DNA from: Eledone cirrhosa
Taxonomy: Eukaryota
Direction: 5' to 3'
DNA length: 64,000 nucleotides
Assembly: GCA_964016885.1 (NCBI GenBank)
Contig: OZ024743.1
Coordinates: 260,834,001 to 260,898,000 of the forward strand
Shown: positions 30,232 to 47,723 of the stretch, in pieces
Position numbering within the stretch: position 1 is the stretch's first letter
Layout of the letters: each line of letters opens with the position of its first letter
Notes under the pieces: model-generated
What the model was told of the DNA's origin: nothing
What the model saw: only the letters and a program-made list of their open reading frames with translations
The model's database searches: none
Translations under genes and position numbers: made by a program

Positions 30232-30931
30232 CAAATATCTGCTGCACAAAAGAGGAGGGCCAGCAGCTGACAATAAATGTAGGCTATGTAAAACAAAGAT
30301 CGAGGATGTAAGCCACATTGTTGCCAGCTGCGAAAGAATGTCATCTCGCTACTACCTCCCCATGAGACACGATGGGATAGCTAGAACTATCTGGAACGCA
30401 CTTCGGAAAACAAAATTAACAATAAACGAGGAAGAATATATTGAGACAGATGGCACTAAGGAATACTGGTGGAACCTGAAAATAAAAACTGCCACCAAAT
30501 TAAAGCACAACCGGTCTGATATTGTAGTTTGGGACCACACATTGAAAACGTGTTCTGTTGTGGAGATCAGCTGCCCACTTGATGTAAACGTTGTCAGAAA
30601 AATACAGGAGAAGGAGGACATCTACGGACCATTGATGAGGAGCTTACAAATCCAGTATCCAAGATACACCTTTAGCTTCATACCCATCATTATTGGTGCT
30701 ACGGGTTATATACCAACCCGCTTGGACCAAAGTATGACCGAACTTGGATTTGCGGACAAAAAGCGCAGCTCCCTAATTCATAGTCTACAAATGGCTGCGA
30801 TAGCTGGCACCTTCAAAATATGCAAAACATTCTTGCGATTCAAGGGATGACAATTTCTTTTCTTTTACAACCTTGCCACCAGGAAGGTGGCCGGTCAAAA
30901 AAATATACTCGAAATTAAGAGAAAGAGAAAA
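30232..30931 (+). mobile_element. R4/Dong-like LINE 3' end (CCHC + restriction-like endonuclease, ORF 30338-30850)
   Basis: CRLCKTKIEDVSHIVASC, RHD, NR(P/S)DIVVWD...VVEISCP..K; (CATA)n on both sides. Confidence 0.9.
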
Positions 30932-31008
30932 CATACATACATACATACATACATACATACATACATACATACATACATACATACATACATACATACATAC
31001 ATACATAC

Positions 31009-31465
31009 ATGGGGGCTGCCAACTCGCTTTCGAGTACGGCCACTACTTAATATCCATGTAGGAGAACCCCTACCGATGCGCTGAACGAGTGTGACTTTTT
31101 AGTCCATCCAGCGACTTGAAAACTCTGGTACAAACGCTACACTTGTCACAATTATTGACACATAGTGCTGGGCCCATGGCACCATGTGACGACAAGTGCA
31201 GAGAGATCTCCAGATATAAAGCAATGCCTGTGCCGTGAAGCTTTTATAGTGAGCAAAGGCACTGCACAAAACCAGTCCCACTCTCTTAACCAAGATGATA
31301 TTTACCAAAAAGAAGAACACGCCAACATCATTGGATACCATCAGGGTTGCAGGTGTTATATCAGAGTTATCCTTCTCCTAGAATTCTGCCTTGACAAAGG
31401 CTAAGGGGTCATCTCTCCCGGTCATTTTGGATGGCCATTGACTCTTAAGAGCTCTTTTGCCCTTT
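31009..31465 (-). mobile_element. Family K retroposon, 5'-truncated
   Basis: Reverse complement of ~19665-20114. Confidence 0.8.
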
Positions 31466-31522
31466 ATATATATATATACATACATATACATATACATACA
31501 TATACATATACATATATATATA

Positions 31523-31996
31523 CATGGTGGCTGCCAACTCGTTTTCGAGTACGGCCACTACTTTATATCCATGTAGGAGAACCCCTACCGATGCGCTGAA
31601 CGAGTGTGACTTTTTAGTCCAGCCAGCGACTTGAAAACTCTGGTACAAACACTACACTTGTGACAATTATTGACACATAGTGCTTTACCTTTGGTACCAT
31701 GTGACGACAAGTGTAGAGAGATCTCCAGATACAAAGCAATGCCTGTGCCGTGAAGCATTTATAGTGAGCAAAGGCACTGCACAAAGCCAGTCCCACTCTC
31801 TTAACCAAGATGATATTTACCAAAAAGAAGAACAAGTCAACATCATTGGATACCATCAGGGTTGCAGGTGTTATATCAGAGTTTTCCTTCTCCTAGAATT
31901 CTGCCTTGACAAAGGCTAAGGGGTCATCTCTCCCAGTGATTTTGGATGGCCATTGACTCTTAAGAGCTCCTTTGCCCTTTGACAGGTTTTGTTTTT
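31523..31996 (-). mobile_element. Family K retroposon, 5'-truncated
   Basis: Tandem neighbour of the previous copy. Confidence 0.8.
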
Positions 31997-32392
31997 ATAC
32001 ATATATATATATATATATACATACATATATATATACATATATACATATACATACATATATATATATATATACATATACACATATACATACATATACATAT
32101 ATACATACATATATACATATATATATACATACACATATATATACATACATATATACACATACATATATACATACATATATATATATATATACATACATAT
32201 ATATATATATACATACATATATATATATATACATACATATATATATACATACATATATATATACATATATATATATATATACATATATATAGTAATAATA
32301 ATAAAATTGAAGACTAAAATCCAGAGAGGGCTTGATAAGGAAAATATATATCAAATATATAAGAACCGAAGAGCAAATATTTATTAAAATAA

Positions 32393-32466
32393 CAGATTAA
32401 AGTTTAAGCAAAGAATCGCTGCTTTCACCCTTAACGGGATCTTCTGAAACTAACAAAGTCAATCTG
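32393..32466 (-). ncRNA. Type I hammerhead ribozyme, family D (core CAGAAGA, U4A)
   Basis: Reverse complement reads cagattga-ctttgtt-agttt CAGAAGA tccc gttaa gggt GAAA gca gcgattctt tgc TT aaact-ttaatctg; extended stem I with a bulge. Confidence 0.75.
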
Positions 32467-32549
32467 TAAACGCAGAACTGGATATTTCAAAAAACGTTGC
32501 AACCGGAGGAAGACAGGAAGACGATACTTTGGTTCATGGTGACGTTCGC

Positions 32550-32802
32550 TGGCAAAGAACGGGAAAAAACGAATAATACGTCATTAATAGGAGCGGTGAA
32601 AAACAATTACGTGCAAGGACAGAACCACGTTTATGGTTTAAAAGAGGTCGTAGACTAATGTTCTCTAAGTGGTGCATAGAGACGTTCTCTGGCAATGAAC
32701 GAAAAAACGAAGATAATAAGTCATATGTGGAGCGTGGAGAACAATAGCGTGCAAAGACAAAACCACGTAAATGGTATAGCAGAAGTCGTAGACTAAAATT
32801 CT
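32550..32802. repeat. Two diverged ~140-bp tandem units inside the family D 3'UTR
   Basis: ctggcaa.gaacg...gtcgtagactaa occurs twice; also present at ~43490-43750. Confidence 0.7.
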
Positions 32803-34374
32803 AACTAGGAGACCGAATGAATCTCCGCTACAGAGTTAAGAACAAAGTAAATAAATACAATACAGAAGTAATAGGAACAAATAAATACATACACGCAAAC
32901 AGATACGTACATACACAAGCATACGCAAAACCTTACCATAGGGATACAAAACCACGCACATATAAATATGTGTATGTGTGTATGCTTGTGTACAAATAAA
33001 TAAATAATTATATAAACGTATATAAGTAAATAAATACGTATATAACAAGCGCACACACATACCTACAAATAAATACATGAAGGTTCGGAGACGTAAGTCA
33101 ACTAAAACAAGAAGTACACATATACACACACCCACCATACGTACGAACCTGCATACTCACGCAGACGCAAAACTCCCATATACACATAACCAAGCCCTAA
33201 ATACCAGAATATGTAAAAATTATACGCCAAAACAGTCAAATATACGTACGAGAAGGTATACATACCTTCACAAAACATACGGGTAATATATACTTACCTA
33301 TGCAAAAAGTAAAGGAATAAACAAAACATATACTTAGCTCCCACATCAAGACGTAAAATATCCACGTATAGATCGTGCTATCCGTTAAGGTATAACGTAG
33401 GGCTGTAATACAGGAAAGTTTTGTGCAATTTATGTTTACAAGCCGAAATTGCCTCAGATTTTTTGTTTAAGATGTGGTCTGTGGCGTAGAGTATTTCCAG
33501 GGCCTCAGCGGCGCAGAGGTCACATGGTCTTTTATTTCCGTTATACGATCTAGCCCTAGCTAGGATCTCCCAGTGTAACTTATATTGGGTGTGGTTGTCT
33601 TTTAGACTCCAGATATAAGCTGAAAGTGACGTCATATTCCTTCTTGGAGGGTAACGAAAAGAATGGGTATGCATGTAAAGACGCTGCTTGAAACTATTGG
33701 CGGTTAACCCTATGTAGGCCCTACGGGACGTGGGTGTTACAACCTTACATTTGTAGACAATGTTACTAGAGAGGCATTTCCCGGATAGGGGACAATCAGC
33801 CCGATTCCTACAATTACAGTTAGTACTAACTACAGGGTTGCACGTGTTCCTACGGCTAGGTATTTTAGCTAAATCGTTTTTTTTTACATTGTGTTTTCCC
33901 CTCCAAATATTCGCTTATATTTCCTTATATATTCTCTATATATTTTTTATCTTTATTATTATTTCCACTTTTAACCTCCTTTATATTTTACCTTATTCTT
34001 ACCTTTATACCTTATTATAGTGTAATCTTCCCCATGCCTTATTATACACTATTAATTATAGATTATTATTATTACTCTTTTTCCATTTCTAATTACCTCA
34101 TGTACCTTCTCCTCCGCTATATGTGTATATGTATTCTACGCCCTTTGTGTTTGTGTAGCCTCTGCGTACCCTCTGCACCATACTATCCACGCCACCCCAT
34201 CTATGGTTCAGCTAACCACCCGACCCCCGATGACCGCAGCTAGTAAACAAGGACCAACACCCCACCCTCCCGCACCAAAATTAGACTTATCGTCCCCTAC
34301 TTTTGCTATTTACTCTCTTTACTCTTTGTTCTTGGGTGTTTGGTTGGTAGAGTCCATAACACCAATCAAACCCC

Positions 34375-34436
34375 TTTTATAGCTCTGATGAATCCTACGG
34401 TTACACGTAAGGAAGAAACATTGTTAGCCAATAAAA
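34375..34436 (+). ncRNA. Type I hammerhead ribozyme (pLTR-like fragment ~33880-34470)
   Basis: ttttat-a-gct CTGATGA atcctacg gttaca cgtaaggaa GAAA cattg TT agc-ca-ataaaa. Confidence 0.75.
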
Positions 34437-34483
34437 ATCTTTTGATGTTGTAGACGCTCTTGTGTTCTTTTTCACATATATAC

Positions 34484-34518
<35 letters not shown>

Positions 34519-34604
34519 CATATATATACATACATATATATATATATACATATTGGAACATGGACGTTAAACGATGATGATGATGATATATATATACATA
34601 CATA

Positions 34605-35160
34605 CATGGTGTCTGCCAACTCGTTTTCGAGTACGGCCACTACTTTATATCCATGTAGGAGAACCCCTACCGATGCGCTGAACGAGTGTGACTTTTTAGT
34701 CCAGCCAGCGACTTGAAAACTCTGGTACAAACACTACACTTGCGACAATTATTGACACATAGTGCTGGGCCTATGGTACCATGTGACGACAAGTGCAGAG
34801 AGATCTCCAGATATAAAGCAATGCCTGTGCCGTGAAGCTTTTATAGTGAGCAAAAGCACTGCACAAAGCCAGTCCCACTCTCTTAACCATGATGATATTT
34901 ACCAAAAAGAACAAGTCAACATCATTTGATACCATCAGGGTTGCAGGTGTTATATCAGAGTTTTCCTTCTCCTAGAATTCTGCCTTGACAAAAGCTAAGG
35001 GGTCATCTCTCCCGGTGATTTTGGATGGCCATTGACTCTTAAGAGCTCCTTTGCCCTTTGACAGGTTTTGTTTTTAGTCCTGCAGGATGTCCAAAGTCAC
35101 CCTCCTCACCAAGAAACCTTGGTGGGGTTGCCAGTTTAGTCGCCAACGACCCGACCATGA
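34605..35160 (-). mobile_element. Family K retroposon
   Basis: Same 3' end; (CATA)n on both sides. Confidence 0.8.
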
Positions 35161-35218
35161 TACATACATACATACATACATACATACATACATACATACA
35201 TACATACATACATACATA

Positions 35219-35486
35219 CATCGTGGCTGCCAACTCGTTTTCGAGTACGGCCACTACTTTATATCCATGTAGGAGAACCCCTACCGATGCGCTGAACGAG
35301 TGTGACTTTTTAGTCCAGCCAGCGACTTGAAAACTCTGGTACAAACACTACACTTGTGACAATTATTGACACATAGTGCTGGGCCCATGGCACCATGTGA
35401 CGACAAGTGCAGAGAGATCTCCAGATATAAAGCAATGCCTGTGCCGTGAAGCTTTTATAGTGGCTTTGTGCAGTGCCTTTGCTCAC
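35219..35486 (-). mobile_element. Family K retroposon with a 5' inversion
   Basis: 35461-35486 is the inverted continuation of the consensus. Confidence 0.75.
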
Positions 35487-35566
35487 ATACATACACACAT
35501 ACATACATACATACATACATACATACATACATACATACAGACATACATACATACATACATACATAA

Positions 35567-35597
<31 letters not shown>

Positions 35598-36174
35598 CAT
35601 ACATACATACATACATACATACATACATACATACATACACACACACACATACATAATAGAATCTCGTATCAGTAGAACTTCGTCATCTCCTCCTCTGCTT
35701 TCTACAAAACAATTCATGGTGTCCTTTCAATCATTTAACTTAAATTTTTTCTCTCCAATCAACAAAAGACTCCCAATTTTGCCATTGGCGCTCGGAAAAA
35801 ATATGATTAATGAATTAGTTTGAACAGAATATATTGTTCCGTTCCTCTTTACTACCACCACCTTCTCATTCTCAAAACCTTTCACTCTCCTTCTACTTTT
35901 ACTCTATCACACTCGAATACAGTGATAATTTTATTGCTCTAATACTTTTCCGTCCATCTATATATTTATATCTATCTCCGGAATTCTCTGTCTCGATTTC
36001 ACTCTTTATTTATCTGTATATCTATCTATTTATCTATCTATCTATTTATCTATCTATCTATTTATCTATCTATCTATATATCTATCGCTCTCTCTCTCTC
36101 TATCCACTCTCAAGAGCGTGAAACTAATAAACCTTTGTTCGTACTGCCTCTCTGTTTTGTTCCCGTTCAATTTT

Positions 36175-36219
<45 letters not shown>

Positions 36220-36288
36220 TCTGTGTCCACCTGTCTCTGTCTATCTATCTGTGTCTTTCTATCTATCTATCATCTATCTATATATCTA

Positions 36289-36332
<44 letters not shown>

Positions 36333-36630
36333 GAGAGAGAGAAATAGAGAGAGACAGGGAGACAGAGAGAGGGGGGGTGGGGGGGTTAGAGAAGTGGATG
36401 GGAAAAAAGATAGATAGATAAAGACACAGAAGAAAGATAGATAGATAGATCAAACACTCACACTCTCACACACATACATACACATACACTCACACAAACA
36501 TATATACACACATACACAGATATGCATTCAGACACACACATACACACAAACATAAAACATACATTCAACCCAATTATAAATGTGATATATTGTCATTATA
36601 CATGTATATGGTGTTTTATTTGTAGGTACT

Positions 36631-36678
<48 letters not shown>

Positions 36679-36711
36679 TATAATTTATGTATTAGCATCA
36701 ACAAATGTGAC

Positions 36712-36908
<197 letters not shown>

Positions 36909-37821
36909 GCACATGCACATAGATACACAATATAAGTTGTCTTTTATTTTGTTTTTGTTACTGTTGTTCTCTTCGGCTGGCTGCTTGCATGTTAAGAGAT
37001 GGAAGAGGAATGGTGAATATAAGGTGAAAAACGTAATAACAGAACTAATGGTCTCTTGTAGATGGTGGTAGAGGGAAGAGTAGAGTGTTGTAGAATGTGC
37101 TAGTGTGGGGGGTGTGGAGAGAAGATCGAGAACATTCTTAAAGAAATATTCTAATGACATTTTAATTTGAACAAATTTTGAACATTTTAAAAAACTTATT
37201 GATGCATTTATTGCTTTTATAGATTATTGTATTGGGTGTTGCGGTGGGACTGGTTTGTGGTGGTGGTGGTGGTGACTATGTTTTTGCTGAAAAGCAAAAC
37301 AACATTAAACAGTCAAACTTTTAACAAACGGGTCAGTTATACAAATGAGTAACATTCACGCATGGAGTAGGGTGTGGAGTTACTTGGAATTTTAAAAATA
37401 ATAATACAGATATGATCTTCAAATTACACCAGAAATGTATAATATTTGATGTTGAGTTGTAGGGAGTGGTGCCATCTATAGACTCAGCTAAAGAAAAGGT
37501 CATAGGAAAGGTTTTCTATTTACTGATAGTTTACGAAACCTAAAACTATTTAAATACAGGGAAAGATATTGGATTAGAGATATTGCGTGTTCTGCTAAAA
37601 ATAGATAACTATCTATTTGAAAGTAATAAACAAATGGCAATGATTTCGATGGCTCGAAACAGCCAATGAACGCTGGACACCACCCGATGACATCAACGCC
37701 TTCTGGCAAATGCTATGTTCACCGAAGGTGATTGAATGTGAGGCATCTTCTTGAAGGTTTAATTATGCCAAGGGAAAACAGAGAAGCAGTTGAATTTGCG
37801 AAAGGGGAGCACAAAAGATAT

Positions 37822-38003
37822 AATTGTTTCTACTTTTGGCACAAACCAGCAATTATCCCAGTGCAATTTTAATACTGGTGCTTTATTTTAAAGAAGAAAG
37901 GCAAAGTTAACATCGGTGGGATTTGAACTCAGACCGTAAAGGGGCGTAACTCTATGCTGCAAAGCATGGCGTCCTACCCTCTACCGAAACTGCTAATCCA
38001 CCG
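37822..38003 (-). mobile_element. tRNA-derived SINE (second copy at ~38262-38428)
   Basis: Match to the consensus. Confidence 0.8.
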
Positions 38004-38641
38004 CACAAAAGAAATAATAGGAATAGATTACATTATAAATCTATCACAAGTCTAATTATTTAGCAAAATCATAATTAGTGAAAGGTGGGAAAATCTAAAA
38101 AATAGCTTAAAGATAAGGTTTCAAATATCAATTTTCCATTATCTCAATCAGATCTATCAATATTCAAATTATATCAGACACTTCTTCAGAGATTGCACCA
38201 TTCAACCACCGAGATTGTTCGATGTTTTAAACCTTTTTTTAAAGTTATATTGTAAATAATGGTTTCTTATATAGGCACAAGCCAACAATTGGGGGGGGGG
38301 GGGGAGAAAGTCGATTAAATCGACCCCAGTGCGTGACTGGTACTTTATTTTATCGACCCCATAAGGATGAAAGGCAAAGTTAACCTCGGCGGGATTTGAG
38401 CTCAGATCATAAAGAGCCGTAACTCTAAGTTATATTGCAAATAATAAACTTTGGTATCTCTATGGTCTTACCTACTTTACACTTACGTATGGTTTTGCTT
38501 AAATATTTTCCATCCTTGGATACCGGGTTCGGTTATTCTATCAATTATCAAAGACTAATGTTTACTTTTATTTATTTAATTAATTTCTACACTACTTTTA
38601 GTATTATATATTGTCATATTTTCCCCTACAAACAACTAATG

Positions 38642-38768
<127 letters not shown>

Positions 38769-38787
38769 TATATATATATATATATAT

Positions 38788-40215
<1,428 letters not shown>

Positions 40216-40325
40216 GGAAGATGATTCTATTAGTAGAAATGGGGGAGGGAGTTGTGTGTGTGTGTATATGGGTGTTATGTGTGTGTGTGCGAGTATGTAT
40301 GTATATATATATATATATATATATA

Positions 40326-40495
40326 ATAAAGGAATTGAGGAATTGTGGTAAGGAACCAGATGGACCATAACGCACCAGAGTACTCAATACTTAGGGTAGT
40401 AGAGTGGGAAATAGGATAAAGTATGACCCCGACGGCAGATCTCAAGCCGTTTCGACGGCTATATCGAGCTCTACCGTCGGGGTCATACTTTTTCC

Positions 40496-40496
<1 letters not shown>
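40326..40496. mobile_element. Fold-back element, family B
   Basis: Tail on the left, short arm on the right. Confidence 0.8.
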
Positions 40497-40525
<29 letters not shown>

Positions 40526-40530
<5 letters not shown>

Positions 40531-40887
40531 AATGTAAGCTATCGCCGTATTTTGACTAAAGAAATTAAAGAAATTATTTAGCCTGATAGTGGGGTTAGGA
40601 ACCCTCGGAGAAATGGAAAAATATGAATATTGACGTACATGGGAGTCGAACCCACATCTTTGGTTATACGGACCACTGTGATGTGTTGGTGTAAATGGTA
40701 GCACAGTGGTCCGGATAACTAAAGATGTGGGTTCGACTCCCATGTACGTCAATACTCATCTTTTTCCATTTCTCCGAGGGTTCTTAATCCCACTATCAGG
40801 CTAAATAATTTCTTTAGTCAAAATACGGCGATAGCTTACATTTCTAATAATTTCAAACCAACTCGCTGTTTCGAAAATATTCTTACT

Positions 40888-40889
<2 letters not shown>
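40526..40889. mobile_element. tRNA-headed fold-back element, family C (copy 1)
   Basis: 40526-40680 is the reverse complement of 40702-~40847; 42-nt extra tail; (TA)n flanks. Confidence 0.85.
40680..40751 (+). ncRNA. tRNA-like cloverleaf (72 nt) followed by a T5 run; isotype uncertain
   Basis: Acceptor gatgtgt/gtacgtc, D arm gtgt-aaatggta-gcac, anticodon loop ccggata, T arm gtggg-ttcgact-cccat. Confidence 0.75.
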
Positions 40890-40969
<80 letters not shown>

Positions 40970-41194
40970 GTGAGGTTTTTTTTACAAAATGAAAAATAAC
41001 CGAGGTGTCCTACACGAGTGAAAGTATAAAGAAAAAGAGATGAAATCGAAAATGCAACTGGAGTCTTATTTTTTTTTTAAATATATATATTTATTTGGTT
41101 CCTTTACCGGTTTCGCAGTTCTTCTGCTTTTCAAAAGGTGAGTTGAGATGGAGGGTCTGTGGTTTATATATATATATATATTACTATATATATA

Positions 41195-41264
<70 letters not shown>

Positions 41265-41265
<1 letters not shown>

Positions 41266-41431
41266 GAAAAAGTATGACCCCGACGCAGAGCTCGAAATAG
41301 CCGTCGAAACGGCTTGAGCTCTGCCGTCGGGGTCATACTTTTTCCTATTTCCCACTCTACTACCCTAAGTATTGAGTACTCTGGTGCGCTGGGGTCCATC
41401 TGGTTCCTTACCACAATTCCTCAATTCCTTT

Positions 41432-41434
<3 letters not shown>
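41265..41434. mobile_element. Fold-back element, family B
   Basis: Short arm on the left, tail on the right. Confidence 0.8.
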
Positions 41435-41472
<38 letters not shown>

Positions 41473-41476
41473 ATAC

Positions 41477-41733
<257 letters not shown>

Positions 41734-41790
41734 GCAATGAAGGAATAATCAATCGTCCTTTTTATCCTTTCTCTCTCTATATATATATAC

Positions 41791-41823
<33 letters not shown>

Positions 41824-41864
41824 CATATGTATATATATATGTATATATATATATATATATATAC

Positions 41865-41932
<68 letters not shown>

Positions 41933-41936
<4 letters not shown>

Positions 41937-42672
41937 AAAAAAAGATGAGATCGAAAATGCAACTGGAGTCTTTTTTTTTTTAAATATATATATTATTTTA
42001 TATATATATATATTATTTTAAATAAATATATCACATCTGGTTGGTCTCTGAATGTTACTTGTTTTATATGGAAAACAAGTGGCTCGAAACGCCAGGTTTT
42101 TAGAGAAGTAATTTGATCGGTTGGTCAATAATTATAATAAATTTCGCGCCAGTTCGCGTTACAATAATTCTTCAAATAAGAGGGGGAGTTTTGTCACAGG
42201 TTGTTTTTTTTTCATATATGAATGTTTGAATTTCTTTTTACTTGTGAGCCCCTTTTTCCAAGTAAAAAGAAATTCAAACACTCATATATGAAAAAACAAC
42301 CTGTGACAAAACTCCCCCCTCTTATTTGAAGAACTATTGTAATGCGAACTGGCGCGAAATTTATTATAGTTATTGACCAACCAATCAAATTACTTCTCGA
42401 AAAACCTGGCGTTTCGAGCCACTTTTTCCATATAAAACAAGTAACATTCAGAGACCAACCAGATGTGAGAAAAAACCACAGACCCTCCATCTCAACTCTA
42501 CTTTTGAAAAGCAGAAGAACTGCGAAACCGGTAAAGGAACCAAATAAATATATATATTTTTTTTAAAAATAAGACTCCAGTTGCATTTTCGATTTCATCT
42601 TTTTTTCTTCATTCATTCACTCGTGTAGGACACCTCGGTTATTTTTCATTTTGTAAAAAAAACCTCACTTTC

Positions 42673-42675
<3 letters not shown>
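41933..42675. mobile_element. Family E fold-back element, HHR at 42500-42537 (+)
   Basis: Arms invert at ~42244; the right arm has a ~65-nt extra tail; ctt TTGAAAA gcag aagaa ctgc GAAA ccgg TA aag. Confidence 0.85.
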
Positions 42676-42706
<31 letters not shown>

Positions 42707-42733
42707 TTATACATATATATATATATATATATA

Positions 42734-43006
<273 letters not shown>

Positions 43007-43109
43007 GTGTGTGTGTATGTTTGTGTACAAATAAATAAATAATTATATAAACGTATATAAGTAAATAAATACGTATCAGCGATTCTTTGCTTAAACTTTA
43101 ATTATTTTA

Positions 43110-44317
<1,208 letters not shown>

Positions 44318-44335
44318 ATATATATATTTATATAC

Positions 44336-44392
<57 letters not shown>

Positions 44393-44402
44393 CATACATA
44401 TA

Positions 44403-44559
<157 letters not shown>

Positions 44560-44569
44560 ATATATATAT

Positions 44570-44957
44570 TTGTTGTGAAAGAGTCATTTCTCAATCTTGG
44601 CGAAAAACCAATTTTTTATCCACATGACCTCTACCGACCAATCAAAATTGTTTTGACCAAGAATTTTTGCTGGAGCCACTTTTTTAACATAAAAACAGGT
44701 AGAATTCCCAAAACTAATCAGATCAGAGCAAACAGCACGGACACTCTATCTCAAAATTATTTTTGAAAAGCATTTAGAAATGCGCAACCGGTAAAAACTT
44801 AAAAACTTAAAACCACAACTGAATACTAACCCATACAATCACTAATACTCTTTTATTCCTAATTAAACCATTTTTCAACTGTGAACAATTTGTCAGCATT
44901 TTCTATTCCGTTTACCAATATATAATAACTTGTGTGTTACACCTCTATTCTTTTAAC
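44570..44957 (+). mobile_element. Divergent family E relative, HHR-like motif at 44759-44797
   Basis: ttt TTGAAAA gcattt ag aaatgc GCAA ccgg TA aaa; stems differ in sequence but still pair. Confidence 0.6.
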
Positions 44958-44968
44958 TATATATATAT

Positions 44969-45079
44969 ATTGTTATACTTTGGGAGGGTCATGTTGCCAA
45001 TAAGAAACACACGCACCAGTTGCTTTCACTTCAACACACGATTTCAGATAAAGAATCTTGCTAAACAAATTCAGAAACG

Positions 45080-45082
<3 letters not shown>
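44969..45082. mobile_element. Minimal family A element (two termini only, no HHR)
   Basis: The short-arm end is joined through a ttcaa microhomology to the inverted 3' tail. Confidence 0.8.
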
Positions 45083-45140
<58 letters not shown>

Positions 45141-45147
<7 letters not shown>

Positions 45148-45511
45148 TGTAAGCTATCGCCGTATTTTGACTAAAGAAATTAAAGAAATTATTTAGCCTG
45201 ATAGTGGGGTTAAGAACCCTCGGAGAAATTGAAAAAGGTGAGTATTGACGTACATGGGAGTCGAACCCACATCTTTGGTTATCCGGACCACTGTGATGTG
45301 TTGGTGTAAATGGTAGCACAGAGGTCCGGATTACCAAAGATGTGGGTTCGACTCCCATGTACGTCAATACTCATCTTTTTCCATTTCTCCGAGGGTTCTT
45401 AACCCCACTATCAGGCTAAATAATTTCTTTAATTTCTTTAGTCAAAATACGGCGATAGCTTACATTTCTAATAATTTCAAACCCACTCGCTGTTTCGAAA
45501 ATATTCTTACT

Positions 45512-45513
<2 letters not shown>
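45141..45513. mobile_element. tRNA-headed fold-back element, family C (copy 2; cloverleaf 45295-45366)
   Basis: Same ends and same inversion point as 40526-40889. Confidence 0.85.
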
Positions 45514-45603
<90 letters not shown>

Positions 45604-45717
45604 GTGTATATAAAAAGAGTCCAAGTGCAGAAATATTATAAAGCTTGCTTATAAAATATGGTGAAGACCCTTAAAAGAGGGAAAAAGGATTTATATAACA
45701 GTAGCAATAACCTAGAG

Positions 45718-45936
45718 CAGGCATGTCAAACATTCGCCCCACGGGCCGCACGTGGCCCTTTACAAGCATACCTGCGGCTCACACAAAGGTTGTTACAGCA
45801 TGAGCATGTTTTATCTTCGAAATATAAAACTTTAAAAATTAGTTGTAATGTGTGCAATTGGTTGTCGTGTGCGGCCCTCAGACAACACATATGCGACCCA
45901 TGTGGCCCTCGGGAGACCCTCAGTTTGACATGCCTG
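45718..45936. mobile_element. hAT-type MITE
   Basis: 14-bp TIR caggcatgtcaaac/gtttgacatgcctg; 8-bp TSD acctagag on both sides. Confidence 0.9.
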
Positions 45937-46985
45937 ACCTAGAGTGATTCATAATAAAGGTGTATATGAAAGTATATATAATACGTTTATGTATAAGCTG
46001 CGATCTTAGTATACATGCATATATATAGAGAGAGAGTGTGTGTGTATGTGTATGTGTGCGTATCTATGTGTGTTTGGGAGGGTGGGTGGGAATATCTGTG
46101 TGTGTATGTGTGTGTTCGTGTGTGTTTGTGTGTGTAAGAGGGGGTGTGGGGAAATGGAAGAGGCCACTTAGCAAGGAAAATGAGCTGCGATGACACTGGT
46201 GCCAAAATGTGTTGACCTTTGCCTATTCTTGAACGTCTTCGGTGGTGTGCAGAAAAGAGACTTGTAAAGATGAGCTTCAACAAAACTTTCAGGTGCAAAC
46301 CCATGGTTAGTAACGATCCATGGTGACCTTTTATATAAGTAAAACATGTTGAAATTCATTCATACCATATGCTAGGAGAAATTAGAGATCAGAATATATT
46401 AGTGAAGTGGGAAAAACTTCCTAAAATACGGGAAAGGAAGCTGATATTCAGAACATGAATTACCTAAACCCTTCAACTTTGTCGTCACTACGTCATAAGC
46501 TATAAATTTAATATACAATAAACAGAAACATATTAGTGTTACTTTCAAACAAAACACATTGTCTGCTATGCTAAGTGGTTGCCGTTGAGAATGTGTTGAA
46601 AAATCTGTCCATAAAGTTGACTTCTGCTTCTGTTGGTGGAGAAGAATATTAAGATCGCCATAAGTAAATCAATTAGACAATAAATCATAGATGAAAAGAC
46701 GTCTTTAAAAACTATTGTATAACTTAAAAACTTTAACGTGTAATAATATTAATGTTATGAGACAGCGTTGGCGGCGGCGACGCTGGTGGTGGCGATGGAG
46801 GCGGTGGTGGCGGCGGTGGCAGTAGTGGAGGTGGCGTTGTCTGCGGTGGTAGTGGCGGCGATGACAGTGGTGGAGGTGGCGTTATCAGCGGTGGTGTACG
46901 TGGCTGCGGTTGAAGCGGTGGCGATGATTTTATTGATCTGGACAAATCTGTTGAATGGATTATACTTATGCATGTATGTATGTAT

Positions 46986-47505
46986 GTTATCTCTTTCTCT
47001 TAATTGCGAGTATAATTTTTTGACCGGCCACCTTCCTGGCGGCAAGGTTGTAAAAGAAAAGAAATTGTCATCCCTTGAATCGCAAGAATGTTTTGCAAAT
47101 TTTGAAGGTGCCAGCTATCGCAGCCATTTGTAGATTATGAATTAGGGAGCTGCGCTCTTTGCCCGCAAATCCAACTTCAGTTATACATTGGTCAAAGCGG
47201 GTTGGTATATAACCCGTAGCTCCAATAATGATGGGTATGAAGCTAAAGGTGTATCTTGGATACTGGATTTGTAAACTCCTCATCAATGGTCCGTAGATGT
47301 CCTCCTTCTCCTGTATTTTTCTGACAACGTTTACACAAGTGGGCAGCTGATCTCCACAACAGAACACGTTTTCAATGTGTGGTCCCAAACAACAATATCA
47401 GGCCGGTTGTGCTTTAATTTGGTGGCTGTTTTTATTTTCAGGTTCCACCAGTATTCCTTAGTGCCATCTGTCTCAATATATTTTTCCTCGTTTGTTGTTT
47501 ATTTT
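46986..47505 (-). mobile_element. R4/Dong-like LINE 3' end (second copy)
   Basis: Highly similar to 30410-30931; HNRPDIVVW; (TATG)n on both sides. Confidence 0.9.
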
Positions 47506-47559
47506 GTATGTATGTATGTATATATGTGTGTATGTATGTATGTATGTATGTTTGTAAGT

Positions 47560-47723
47560 CATGTTGCTTTGTGGTTAGAGTATTCAGCTCATAATCGTAC
47601 GGCCGTGAGTTCGATTCCCGGCGGCGCGTTGTTTCCTTGAGCAAGACACTTTATTTCACATTGCTCCAGTCTACTCAACTGGCAAAAATAAGTTGGACCT
47701 GTAATTCGAAGCGCTCACCTTGT

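Larger units (their letters stand above)
32290..33872 (-). mobile_element. 5'-truncated Penelope-like element, family D: GIY-YIG domain + ~1.1-kb 3'UTR/pLTR with HHR
   Basis: Open frame ~33870-33378 reads CNCRNRADCPLSGKCLSSNIVYKC..AYIGLTANSFKQRLYMH..TSLSAYIWSLK..C.LC..E..LNKKSE..C.H. Confidence 0.92.

Noticed and set aside
31165-31919. 79-aa ORF conserved in several family K copies
   Set aside because: Conservation reflects recent copying; antisense to the inferred element strand, no known domain, no ATG start.
40680-40751. Functional tRNA-Ser(GGA) gene
   Set aside because: C at position 33, short variable arm, several G-U pairs and mismatches, and embedded in a repeated fold-back element.
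46733-47133. Pro/Ala/Thr-rich ORFs
   Set aside because: Degenerate GGT/GGC trinucleotide tract abutting a LINE 3' end.
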